From Pocillopora damicornis (lineage: Eukaryota), in NCBI RefSeq assembly GCF_003704095.1, contig NW_020847607.1, positions 558,001-622,000 of the forward strand: a stretch of DNA of 64,000 nt. The letters are read 5' to 3'. Shown here piece by piece: positions 24,239 to 36,301 of the stretch (position 1 is its first letter; the number at the start of each line of letters is the position of its first letter). Below the pieces are notes generated by a model, which saw only the letters and a list, made by a program, of their open reading frames with translations, did no database searches and was not told where the DNA came from. Made by a program: the position numbers and the translations under genes.

Positions 24239-25641
24239 ATGAGTGATATATTCAGATTGCTTCCACGGCCGCCAAGCTCAACGCCAGGCCGACATAGAGC
24301 ATCAGGCAGAAAGTGTAGTGCAGGTTTTGGTGTCAAGTATGAATCAAGCAGAAGGGATCTGGAAGATTATTTTAACCCTAACAGGGAGTGAAGACTTATA
24401 GTGTCTTATTGGAGCTCTTGGCAACGGATTTCTATCTTTGAACCATTCAATCCATGGAGATTGCTTGGACTCCATTCATCTCAGGCTCCCTTTGGAGAAG
24501 TTAAAGCAGCTTTTAAACGTTCTATAACGCAGTCAATTCCTCAGCAGCGTGCCTTGGTATCTTTAGGATATCATATAATCACCTCATCAGGCGAAAGGTA
24601 CAAGCGAGTTCACGGCACGGACGAGTACGTCGTAAGAAGACGGGACCACTTTTTCCTCGCTGCATGTGGCCATGTAGAGGAGCTTTCACGTGTGATCAAT
24701 GGCAAACAGTATCTTTTGGAAGATAAGGACGAGTACGGGAGAACTTTGCTGTACACCGCGAGCAAGTCTGACTTTTACGAAGTATGCAAATTACTCCTTC
24801 AAAAAGGTGCTTCTGTCGATGAACCGCAAAGAGATGGCAGTACTCCCCTTCATGCTGCAGCATACTTCGGCCATGAACGGGTCATCGAACTTCTACTGCA
24901 ATATGGGGCCAGAACAGACATCGTAAACAACTGGGGAAATACTGCCCTTCTCGAAAGCGCCTCAGGCAGAATAACGGGGTTGATTCAATCAGCATCAGTT
25001 GACCAGATTTCATCTCTGGCCGCAGAGCTCAGAACGAAGATGATAGTATTAAACGTGCGAGTCATTGAGCACAAGGGGAAAGTTATCGCAAAGGAATTGA
25101 TTCGTAACGCTTCGGTACTTGACGCACGCACCCGAGCACAGTGGAATCAGATCCACAGAAGTTGGGAAATAGTATGGCACGGTACCCAATATAGGAATTT
25201 GCAGTCTATACTAGAGAGGGGCCTTCTCCCCGCTGGTTCAAGAGGCATCACGCCGGTAAAAGGTCATTTTGAACTCGGCGAAAAGGTCTTCGGTGTCCAG
25301 AACTGGGCAGCTGCAATTTTTGTCTCCCCGAGCATCCTTTACGCATCACATTATTCGCAGAGAGTCTTTTCAGAAGGCCAACTGTGGTGTGTCCTAGTCA
25401 AGGCTTACTGTAGGGAGGAAGTATGAAATCGTACGACCCAACCCTTCTTATATACAGAAGTAAGGACGATGAACCAGAAAAACCAGAATATCGTGTACTT
25501 GTTGATGAAGAGGACAAAAACGTCATTTCGCGCGTTGAATCTGCGCGTAATGTGGTTGTGCATTCTGTGATGTTCGTCCGTGTCAGCTTTCTAAAGGAGC
25601 AAGACCTCAACTTTACGAAAGCCTTGACCCTTTTGCATTAA
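24239..25641 (+). pseudogene. intronless J-domain-like + ankyrin repeats + ADP-ribosyltransferase-like (NEURL4/PARP-like HGT) gene, disrupted in this assembly
   Basis: ATG at 24239 (directly after a ...ccttcag acceptor) is in frame with ORF 24401-25426 except for TGA at 24389-24391. The ORF encodes NPWRLLGL...EVKAAFKR (J-like, no HPD), about 3.5 ankyrin repeats (GRTLLYTA, GSTPLHAAAYFGH, GNTALL) and WHGT..SIL..GL / IFVSPSILYA. The domain continues in the -1 frame ORF 25423-25641 (GSMKSY...PEYRV...VVVHSVMFV). Confidence 0.75.
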
Positions 25642-26254
25642 GGATAAACCGAAAATTTTCTGAAAAATTATGATTTGCCTCAACTGCGTTCCAGGTGTAA
25701 CTTACTGGATCCTCCAAACGATTTATGGTAAAGTTTACAACGGCCATGAGTAAGATTCGACCAAAATATGTACTAGAAAAATGTGACTAGGAAAAAATAT
25801 TAGATGAATGAGTCTCAAAGTAATCTTCACTCAGGGTGTAAGATCCAAACACTCGTCATTATCAGTTTTATTTTTCTTCTGTTTCGCTGTTGAACGTTGT
25901 TTTTACTTTGAAAAGTAGTTATAATCTTTCATCGCTCGTAAAGAATGTGTCGACGCAAAAATATTGAGTAATTTATTCGTTTTAGTATTTAAAGTTAAAC
26001 TTGATCGTTTGCAGTTTTTGAGCGGTAGTTTCTCAGTCTTTGGAGGCAGTGGTTCGATCGTAAATCACAATTCCAGTCGCATCCACTGCAGTCTAAAATA
26101 ACCCAGCAACAAATATAAGTGTTAATTGTTAAGTTCGTTCTTTTTTCTCCAGCATAATTTTTTTAGCTTGTGTTTATATCTTTCTGTTTTAATTTAACCG
26201 CTTGAATGGAGGCAAGCTTATATTTACGTTTTGTCTATAATTTAACACCAGCGT

Positions 26255-26590
26255 GTGAAATCAGACCCTAGTGTCCAAGATCAGACACTAGAGTCTAAAA
26301 TCGGACATCAAGGTCAAAAATAGAACACGAGTGTCTTAGATGGAACATTAATGTCCCAAATCGGACACTAGTATCTAACTTAGCAACAGGCGTCCAAAAT
26401 CAGACTCTAGTGTTTAACATCAGACACTAGTGTCCAAAGTGACCACTCCATTGTCCGATTGTGGACACAGCTATCTGATTTTAGACAGTAGTGTCCGATT
26501 TTCGACACTGAAGTTCGATTTTAAAAACTAGTTTCCGATTTGAGATACTTGTGTCCGATATTAGACTCTAGTGACCTAAATCGGATTCTA
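26255..26590. repeat. 21-bp repeat array with palindromic GGACACTAGTGTCC core and central inversion (foldback-like)
   Basis: Units read aaatcRgacactagtgtcY up to ~26440 and gacactagtgtccgattt afterwards. Confidence 0.8.
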
Positions 26591-27077
26591 TTTCCAATTA
26601 GACTTTTCTGACGATGGAAAGCAAGCAAACAAACAAACAAAGTAACACACACAAACCGGTTTATGACTTCGACCGAAAAAAGATACTGAAAAGAAATTAA
26701 ATGTCTCAAATAAATAACTAAATTAGAGATAATTTCTGGATCATTTTCTTTTTAACTTCTCGATGTCTCAGGAAGAATACACTCCTGACTTGAGATCTTG
26801 TCTCCTCTTCCTATGCAAAGTAGATTATTTTCACGATCGGATAAAACTATCATCTTGATACCTTTCCAGTCGATTACTCCTATGGAAATATTATGAGTTT
26901 TCGAAAGTGAATAACCAAATTAAAGTCGATTTGTTTTCGAATAATGAGTGTGATTTGCCTTGGCTCTCGGCGTTATGAAAATCATTTGTTTAACCTCGTA
27001 AAACTGGAAGACAATAGATCTTCGTTTACTATTTATTTTTTCATTGAAACTCTGGAAAAAGTCAATCTTCTGATCAT

Positions 27078-27929
27078 TCAATACAAGTATAGCATTCCAG
27101 TTTCAACCAGTTCCGTTTCTCTTATTGATCGCTGTCGTTCCTGGTTTTCGTCTGCGAATAATGCTTCCCAAAGACGGCCACTTATTTGTTTCATGAATAC
27201 AAATTGTGCAGATTTTCTGAGTAGGTTTAGAGCTCTCTTAAAATCCTCATGCACAAACGTTGGATCAACTTCTGAAACGTCGAACGCCAACTGGAAAGTA
27301 ACGATAATCAGAAATACAAAATATTGAGCCCAGAAGCTCGCTATTACACACTTGAACAGAATAATGAGGCGAGATTTGCTTGTTATATCGATATTGTCTT
27401 CAACCAACTCCAAGATCTTTATGAAAGATAGCGTGCCTGCTACAATTGTTATTGCAAAGGCGTCTAGAATGTACAAAGCAATTATAGCTTGAGCTGTAGA
27501 TGATAAGTCTGGTACCCAGTAGAGTATAGAGCCAAGACGCACCTCACAAAGAATACAGATAAACGCTAAGAGCCACATTCGAGAAACTTTACATAGCTGT
27601 TTGAAAATCTTCCACATGCCCTTCCATCCTTTTAGCTTTAGAAAAAAAGAGATAAAAATTGCACGGCTGAGAACCTCTGAGCAAGTAAACGACAATTCCA
27701 CAATCATTGCAGTGTTGTGGTTCACGAAGCTACCATTTTCGCAGTTGAAATGAGGACTTCTTGTGTTCTTCCCGCAAGAAAAGGTTTGTAGACAATATAA
27801 AACCAAACCAGGGAAACCGACAAGTTGAAGAAACACAAGAATCGCAAAAGGTACAGTCCGCGGTGTGTAATTTGGCCTCGTTCTTTCAATTAGTCTACTC
27901 TCCTCTGTAACTTTACTGATGCGAAACAT
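27078..27929 (-). CDS. intronless uncharacterised multi-pass membrane protein, 283 aa, 5-6 hydrophobic segments
   Basis: Uninterrupted ATG-to-stop ORF with a caaaATG context. Hydrophobic stretches at about aa 26-47, 75-97, 118-138, 148-172 and 188-216, and a two-Cys loop after the first. No family recognised. Confidence 0.7.
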   Translation of the reverse strand: MFRISKVTEESRLIERTRPNYTPRTVPFAILVFLQLVGFPGLVLYCLQTFSCGKNTRSPHFNCENGSFVNHNTAMIVELSFTCSEVLSRAIFISFFLKLKGWKGMWKIFKQLCKVSRMWLLAFICILCEVRLGSILYWVPDLSSTAQAIIALYILDAFAITIVAGTLSFIKILELVEDNIDITSKSRLIILFKCVIASFWAQYFVFLIIVTFQLAFDVSEVDPTFVHEDFKRALNLLRKSAQFVFMKQISGRLWEALFADENQERQRSIRETELVETGMLYLY

Positions 27930-30042
27930 TTTGAGTTAAGTGTGTACTACTTTAAACAAACCATGCAGAAAAAAAATATTCGTTTCTGGTGAAAACTTTT
28001 AAATTATATTTCGTTTTCAAACTTCGGTTTCCGGTTTGCGTCAGTTTCGAAACTTATTCCCATTGAAAATTCCTACGCGACGCGATTAGGAAGATTTGAC
28101 ACCAATGACTAGCTTGCGCTAGCCGCCATATTGGATGATTTTTGGGCACGAAAACAATCGGGTTCGAATGGGTGACTCAAGGTGGGTTAGTTTCAAAACT
28201 CCACTTCATTCAATTAAATCTACCTCTCAGAATTACCTACAATGATATTTCCACGAGCGACAACCAACAAACGTGACTAGTATAATTTTATCTAAAACTT
28301 TGAAGTCGCGTGAAGGGAGGACATCCTATCGCGTGGGTTAGCCAAAATATCAAGAGCTCATCTTCAGTCACCGATCCGTGAAAAGAGCAGAAAAACACTG
28401 ATTTTTCTGACTTCATATTTTAAATACGAGTGCATCGTAGAATTTAATTTGCGTAAGTTAATTAGATATCCTGTAGGGTGCTTGAGGAGGGCGACTTATT
28501 ACTTTTCTTTCGCTGTCTTTCAATAGACTTTAAGAATCGATGTCGATTGTCGTGATAAAAATCTCTGACGTGTATAGCTCAATTTTCAATTTTCTAAGCA
28601 CAAAGGATTTTGCAACATGATTAATATTCTACCCGGGTTCATGATTGGAAATTGTAGCTGCGTGTCTTCGATATTTGATTCCATGAGAATATGATATATT
28701 TCTAATTACTGTTTTCTGAAAATGTGCCATTTTCGCGACAATCATATGTCGTCGCCAAAAATTCAAAAAAGTTACGAGAGCCTTTTACATATATATTGGA
28801 TTTTTCTAAGTATCCGCTAAAACCAAAAGTTTGAAATGATGGTTTAAAGTCTTCCGGTTAATTTACAATGATTTTGTACAAAATTTATTACATAACACAC
28901 GGAAAAAAATTACGAAATATATTGAACCTATTGACTCTGAGATTGCACTGAACAGCTTCCTTCCGTAGCAGTCGAAATAATTTTGCTATTTTGTTTTATT
29001 TACTCGGTTAACGTGAATACTTAATTGCTATATGACTTCTGCACAAACGATATTAACAGTTGAACGCTAGCTTCTGAAAGTGAATCTTATATTTGTTTAT
29101 TTTATGTGCTAGTTATCAGGAAACCTTGGCCCTTTGCTTGGGTGATCTGATTAGACAAAAGTGCAGATATTCGTCCGAGGTCTTCCTCGATATCACCCGT
29201 TGTTGTTTTGTTACTGTTCCCAGCGCTAGAGTAGGCTTGATGGTTTGATCTGTTTACGATTATCATAAAAGAAACGGCGAATATGAACAGCGCAGATTCC
29301 ATGCTGTCGAAAATTTTTAGAATCCTCCCTTGCCCTTCCTGATTCCAATTTTTTCCATTCAGTGAAAATCCAGTATTTTTTTCGATTCAGTGGAAAATGT
29401 TATGCAAGGTCTGATTTTATCATGATGTTTGGCATGACTGCCTACGGAAAAGAAACCCTGACTGCAAAACCGTTGGAATTATAGGAGAACATCGGTGTCT
29501 CATAAAAAATCCGCAAGGTCGAAGTAATTTCGGGTGATCCCAATGTTCATGGATACTTATGTTATAAAATTTTTTCAAAAGGGTCGCTAAAAAATGTAAG
29601 TGGCTTGAGTGATGAAAGACAACAGTTTCCTGAAATTTGCCTGAGGGAATAACTTGCGTAAGAGAGTGCCTGTCGTCAGAAAATTTATTATAATGTCACT
29701 AACTTTTAAGAGAGAAATATATTATTTCCCAGTTCTCTGCGCGTTTACCACAAGAGCTTTGATCTGACAATCTGCCATCCTTCTAATTTCGAAAACATTT
29801 TCTTTTGATGAACTGGCGTAAAGTCAAACTTTAAGGAACTTTGACCTTGGCTGAGCGTGGTATCGAAATCGCATCACGCCACTACCAGAAGTCACACCCT
29901 TCTATGACGCAACATAAGTGGTGATTAACTTACACGACGGTAGCTAATTTCAACACGGAGTATGTGGATCGCTTTCGAAGGAGTTTTCCCTGTACATAGG
30001 TCGTAATTTTGAGATTGAAGCCATAACATTTGCGGTAAAACG

Positions 30043-33000
30043 ATGAACCGTCTCGCGAATTTTTTTCGTTGTAAGAAGTCGCAAGAAAAAGCTCGTCTAG
30101 CCGTCGGTCAGAAATTTTGCTATGGCGTTGGGCACATTCTGAATGACCTTGCTGCTAACACATGGTTCAGCTATCTTATCATTTACCTGACTAAAGTAGT
30201 TCGACTGTCCAACGGTCATACAGGACTCGTTGTCTTGCTCGGACAAGTTACTGACGGAGTTTGTACACCAATCATCGCAATACTGAACGACAAGACTGTG
30301 TGCCGATATGGACGGAGAAAGATATGGCATATTGTAGGGTCACTCTGTGTCAGTTGTACCTTCCCGCTTTTATTTACACGGCTCATTGGTGATGAAGCCA
30401 ACGACTCGCTAAAGCTTGCCTATTACATCAGCATCGCTGCCTTTTTTCAGTTTGGCTGGGGTTGTGTTCAGATCAGTCATTTATCTTTAATCCCTGAGAT
30501 AGCTATTAGTGAATCCGAAAAAGTCGAGCTGAATGCTATAAGGTAAGCAAGAGGCGCTTGAAATTTTAAGCTTCGCATGGCGCTGAAATTATTTCAGTTT
30601 CGTATTATCTTCGGAGAGCTAAAATGACATGTTTTTTCCATGTTTGTGGAGTTCTTATTTGGCTCACTGTTCAATATTAGCTTATAATATGTACGTATAA
30701 TATATATTTTCACTTCAATGAATTCACCTCCTGCTGTCTTCGTTCGCTACTTTAGCAAGCTTAAGGTTAAGCTATGGTGTTACATGTTCCTTTTTTTGTT
30801 TAATTTTCTGAGCTTTGTTCTCCATCACCTCTATGTTACGTTGCCCTTTGCTCTATCAGTAACAGAGTTTCGAAACTTAGGTTCAAGAAACTTAAAATCT
30901 CTCAGAGAGTAGTGTATTGATTGAGTTGACGATCGAGAGTCCATTGAATTATTGACCATATTTATCAAATTTCGGATCTTGTCGAACAAGGGGTGATGCA
31001 ATCGTAATTTTCCCTACGAATACGCTAATAATTTTGAAGCAAAACATTTTGAAGCAAAACATTTTGTTTCACCGAGGAACTGATTTGTCCCGGAAATTCT
31101 CGCATCTTCCACTTGTCACTCCAGGTTTAGTCAAAGTTCTTCGCCGGAAATCTACTGAAGTTAATCAGTCATATTTTTCGCCGCTCACCCAGCGTGCGGC
31201 ATTTGTTTATATCAGTGTCCAAAAAAAAAAAAAAAAAAAAAAGAAAATACGTGACTCGGAAGTTGCGTTATAATTAGCGTTGTTTTCGGTAGAGTTTCTT
31301 TTCTGTTCAATTGACGCCTTAATATACACGAATCTGGTCTAAAAAGGACTCGGATCGTATCTTGCCGCGATGATTCGGTTTGTTGTTTCATTGTTAGCCG
31401 CTCAGTTGACTGCCACGCGAACGAAGTCTCCAATTTTTTCGAATGAAACTATAGTATTCTGTCAATAATCACAAGTTCAAGATTTTTCTTGCGTTTCAAA
31501 CCCGTTGAAACTACAAAAAATGAATTCGCGTGTGAAATCATTGAAATATTGAAACAGTAGTTCATTGATGTACGTGATCGATTAAAACATCTGCTAATTT
31601 ACATACCGCTGGATTATAATTTATCAGGTTAATCTTATTAGTTTATCCCTCCCCTCCCTGTGTTCTTATAGGGGGGTCAAAGTGCGAAGGTCGGCTTCTT
31701 TAAAAACGCCATAAAAATAATAAAATGTGAGTTAGCACAGTTTTCATTTTAATTGAAAATTCTCGCGAATTGCCCTCGCTTCAATTTTTTCTTTTTTAAC
31801 AGATCGGCTCTACGATTTATTTGCGGAATTTTTGTGTTTTGCGTGACATGGGTTCTATTAGGAAGAAGCTCAGAGGCAAGTATTTCGCCTTCTATGTGGC
31901 AGCAGTTTATGGTAAGTTGCTTGTTTGCATATTTCTTTGGCAGGCTTTTTCGAGGATGTGACATAATGCTTGCACAATACTTTCCTTTTGAGTTGCTGTC
32001 GCGTGACATCTGAAAGAACGGCTACGGCATGTCACGCAATGTACTTCCGCTTATTTTGCAAGTCAGCTGTTATTTCTGATGTTTTCTTTAACAAATTTGC
32101 GCGGGAATTTGCAGCGCGGCCGGCCAGAACTGATTCCCTTGCGCATGCCTGACATTTATCATTGTGTTTCGCCGGGACAATGTCAGCGAAAACTGAAGGA
32201 GTGGTGGAACGTTACCGGCGTTTGATTAAAATCCCATCCTGGGAGATAAGTAACGTATTTTCTCAATCATGATACTAAAGCTGGAATAAATTTCTTCGAG
32301 ACTTGAACCTTTTCATAACTTTCTTCTCAGTATCTTGGTTTTATTATCGTCGCAACTGGCACTGTGTGTAACGTTGTGTTCCATGTTGGAATCAAAGAGC
32401 CTCCTTCTGATGCTTTACTGAAGTGGTTGGAGGAACGTAAAAGTGGAAATCACAAGTTCAAGCGGAGAGGAACCGAAAAAAGAGGTAATTTAGCAACAGT
32501 AGAAGCGTTAATGCCTAGATGACATTAACATGTAACTTCTTTTGTCAATTTAAGTACATAATCCAGCAAACAGGTGATACGAATTGACAAACTGATCAGT
32601 CAGAGGGAACAATCTTCGTATAAGACCAACTTCCCTTTAAAAATTTATCAGCAAAATTTTAGAGGTTTAGAGTGTAAAGCACTGAGATCTATGGGAAGGG
32701 AAATGCAAGTTACAATTGAGCGGTTAAACATCAGAAAGTGCAGACAGAACCTAATAAATCGAACGTATGGTAACACGGCAAGATTCCATATCATGCGAAA
32801 ATAGTAAGAGACTTTTGCCTCCTGTGGTCGATGGTCCTATCGATATTTTCTTCATGGATGAAAATAAATCAGCCCAATAAACTGATGAATAAAGTGCCAA
32901 GAGTTTCTTTCCACAACTTTTAGTGTACTAGAACAAAATCGCCGATCCAGAGAATATATTACACTCGAAAACTGTACGTTAAGAAATTGAAAGACTGAAA

Positions 33001-36000
33001 AGGTGCATGCAATCGTCCAAATATAATCCTCCGTCACTTTTAGGTTCCAAATGGGTTTAAACCAAACTTGTCACAAGCCTGACGTAACGGTTAACTTCGG
33101 CTTCGTCGGAGTGAATGTTTGGTTATAGAAACCACTCAAATAAAACGTTTTTGAAGTCCAGTGATGCAGCTTTGCATGGATTTGAAACTTTAATAACAAA
33201 GCAACCTATGACCCAATGTGCAGACTCGTTGTGTCTCACCCCTTGCGACAGTCAGAGCATTCCCCTCTTTCTGGTCACGTACGGAAAGTCCAAACTTTTC
33301 CTTTGTACACAGGTCTTTTGGCTCGGGCCGTGTATCCGCCGCCATCTCCAAGCAGAAGAAGTGGAGCTTCGCCTGCTGTGGTGATGACACTGTGCGAAAA
33401 AGAGAAGAAGAGAACGGCAGATCCTAACGAAAGGACAGACTGTCCAGCATGCCTGGAAGACGGGGAAGCACGGAAATCCTCTATGGATATTACCGATAAA
33501 ACAGCTATTCCTGGCGGAGGAAAGAGCAAACGACAGTGGATGACATGCCCTGGAATGTATAAAGTGAGTGTTGCCGCAAGAACTTCAGTGAGGTCCCGTT
33601 CTTGCCCATACTGAATTTTATGGGTAACATGTTGTATGTTTACTCTCATTACAGACTGGCTTGGTGTACATTTGTACGCGTTTGTACGTGAATGTTTCAC
33701 AGTCATATTTGCCACTTTATTTGACGGAGACAATGCGATTCGAGAAGGTAAGCCATTGTCTTAACAAATGTTTAATATTTGTATCATTTTATCTGCAGTG
33801 CAATCCTCCATGATGATCTTACCTCCTCAATCACGCATGGACAACAAATTTTATTACCTCTTTAAACGTGCTAATAAAATTATGTTTTTGTTTGGAATGC
33901 TTATCATAGTTTGGGAATTGCACGGAGAAGTTATTTAGAAAATGCGGAGAAAAAGTCAGAGAAGCCTTATTTTCTGTAGACTAGCTGGGTCTCCAGATCA
34001 GGATGTAATTTACAGCCGCCTTAAGCATTTGGTTTTGTCAGAGGAAAATGGATATGAATAACTTTCACCCTCGAGCAATTCGCCGGTTTCCGAATTCAAA
34101 CCCGAGCAACTTTAGTGTAGAGCTCTGTCACTATTATTATTAACTATAATATTCTTTGCAGGAATCTATTGCTTATTTTCCTTTGGTTGTGCTGGTGACG
34201 GGAGTTTTGGCAAGTACAGCTGTCAAACCACTCAATAAACGCCTTGGAAGCAAGGTTGGTTATACTGTAAACTCTTTTTAGCAGCTTTTAGTAGAACAAA
34301 ATCAGTCAAATTTGTTGGATACGGGAAGCCCTAAATCTCCTTTCCTCGAAATATACAGTAAAGGAGAATTGAAACAATTTATTCGTGCAGAAAAAGGGTA
34401 AGCTCTCTGGAAACATAAACGAATTTTGTTGCATCGTTGGCCTGTCCGTTTGTTGGTAAAAAATTCTTTTTTCGACTTTAGAGGTGCACTGTGGGAAGAC
34501 AGCACCTTGCTCACACCTTTCGAGCCAGAATTTAGTACGCACCCTGCCATTGTATCTCTCATCTACTTTCATACACGCAGCGAACCTTTTTTTTTTCTTT
34601 TTTTTTTTAATTAATGGATCCTTCTTCTAACGGAGCTAGTACTCTTCATCATCCACAGATCACATTTTGTCTGGGTGCCATGATGGCCGTCAGTGCTAGC
34701 TTCTGGTTCTTTGTTCAAACAATTGACGCACGGACTGCCGTGTATGCGACCTCCATGCTTATGGGTAGCGGTGGTTCTGTCATGCTTGTGACGTCATTTT
34801 CCTTAATCGCGCAGCTCATTGGCCACGACAAGGTAAACAACAGACGTGATATTACATAGCAGCTATAGGGAGAAGAACGTGTAGTTTGTGCAGTTTGACA
34901 GCGTATCTTTTTTTAAATTGATGATTGCTTTTTTTTGTTGTAGAGATCCGGAGCTTTTGTGTACGGTTTTATTGGTTTCTTTGATAAAGTTTTCAGTGGA
35001 GCGATATTCGCCATTATTCAGCAACTAAATCCTCGTAAAGATCAAGGGTAAGCCGAGTTTTAGTTGATTCCCCCCGTGTAGCGGCTTTCATCTCCTTGGT
35101 ATTGATCTCCATGCTGCTTTCCGCGTTGAAAATTTCTAAGACCAACTTAAAATTTTTCTTAAGTTGCTAAAACGTAAACAGCGGACGCCGCCATATTGGA
35201 AAGGTCACAGTAACCTGGCCTTTTCTCGCGTTCCACAAGCTGCGTTGCTCTAGTTATTGCAATTGATGTTTTTGTAACGTCTTAAATCTGTTAAAGAAAG
35301 AAGTATATGGCAAGCGCAAGGAGGATTGATATTTGTATATGACGTCTCACGGTAGCTTTCCTTTTGTAGAGTTGAATGCTCCAAGTGCGATGAATACACG
35401 CGTCACGTGCAAAGCATAGTACCAGGCACGGTTGCTGTTCTGGGACTTGTGTCAGTAATGGTGTTCTTTGAGTCGATTTTCGTGTGCAAGAAAAGAGGTG
35501 AGGAAAAGTTATTTTGAAGTCGGATCCCTATTTTTTCTGTTTAAAAAATTCACCCGAAGAACGTAAAAATCTTGGGAGTTAAAGACAGTTTTAGCCAAAA
35601 ACATTAAGATAATGAGCGAATTTGATAACATTTAGGCAGTATATCGATTCTATGAGAGGAACTAATCCAATTTTGAGAAATTTATTGTGTTTTCTGTTGG
35701 CCAAAGTGAACAGGGTTTTGAATAAACGATGGTTTTTTTTTCACTTAATTTTCTTCGTTATTAACTTGCCCCCTTCTTCCCTTTACCCTTACTTACCACC
35801 TACTCCTTCTTGTCTTCTAATCCCAATTTAGACTTTTTCAATGTGAGTCCCCTTGTTATAATAAGCGATTTAATTATCATCACCAGTCTCATTAGAGTAA
35901 ACTTTATAGTTGTGCCCTCCACGCCCTTTGTTTTCCGTGCCCTATTCTTTCCTATTTGGCCGTCGACTTTTCATGATACACATTATAATGCTATTTTGTT

Positions 36001-36301
36001 CATTCTAGCGTCGACAACAGACGCCGCAGTCCAAGTTGATTTAGATGAAATCCTGGGCGACGGTGACAGCAGCTCAAGTGGTGTGGATACATCCTCTATG
36101 ACAGAGAAGGCTGACAGCGAAGTTTGCCACATCGGCAGTGCAGAAAAGGGAGCATGCGCAACGCAAAGCAGACCTTTTGATTGCTCCATAGAATCGCGGA
36201 ACTTTCATCCGAAGAAAACAACAAAGCAGAATTATGTCGCCATACGACTGGCGTCTGTATCGCTACCTTCTCCCGTGTTAGATCGAAGAACGATTATATA
36301 G
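30043..36301 (+). CDS. MFSD12: MFSD12-like major facilitator transporter, paralog A, 10 exons
   Basis: Exons 30043-30542, 31803-31911, 32331-32484, 33313-33563, 33655-33747, 34162-34254, 34659-34832, 34944-35047, 35370-35497, 36009-36301 splice in frame. Motifs YGVGHILNDL..WFSYL, YGRRKIWH, FQFGWGCVQISHLSLIPE, TRLYVNVSQSYLPLYL, SGAFVYG..FFDK are characteristic of MFSD12. Confidence 0.92.

Noticed and set aside
24389-24391. TGA as selenocysteine
   Set aside because: No redox motif context, no SECIS recognised by eye, and a second lesion exists in the same gene.
25412-25426. GGAGG plus ATGA overlap as a bacterial Shine-Dalgarno/operon junction or contamination
   Set aside because: The two ORFs are halves of one domain, and flanks carry host repeats and spliceosomal signals; a 1-nt deletion explains it more simply.
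21280-26590. 21-bp arrays as CRISPR arrays
   Set aside because: Units are contiguous and degenerate with no unique spacers, there are no cas genes, and the context is eukaryotic.
33275-33733. 152-aa minus-strand ORF
   Set aside because: Antisense to MFSD12-A exons 4-5; no recognisable domain.
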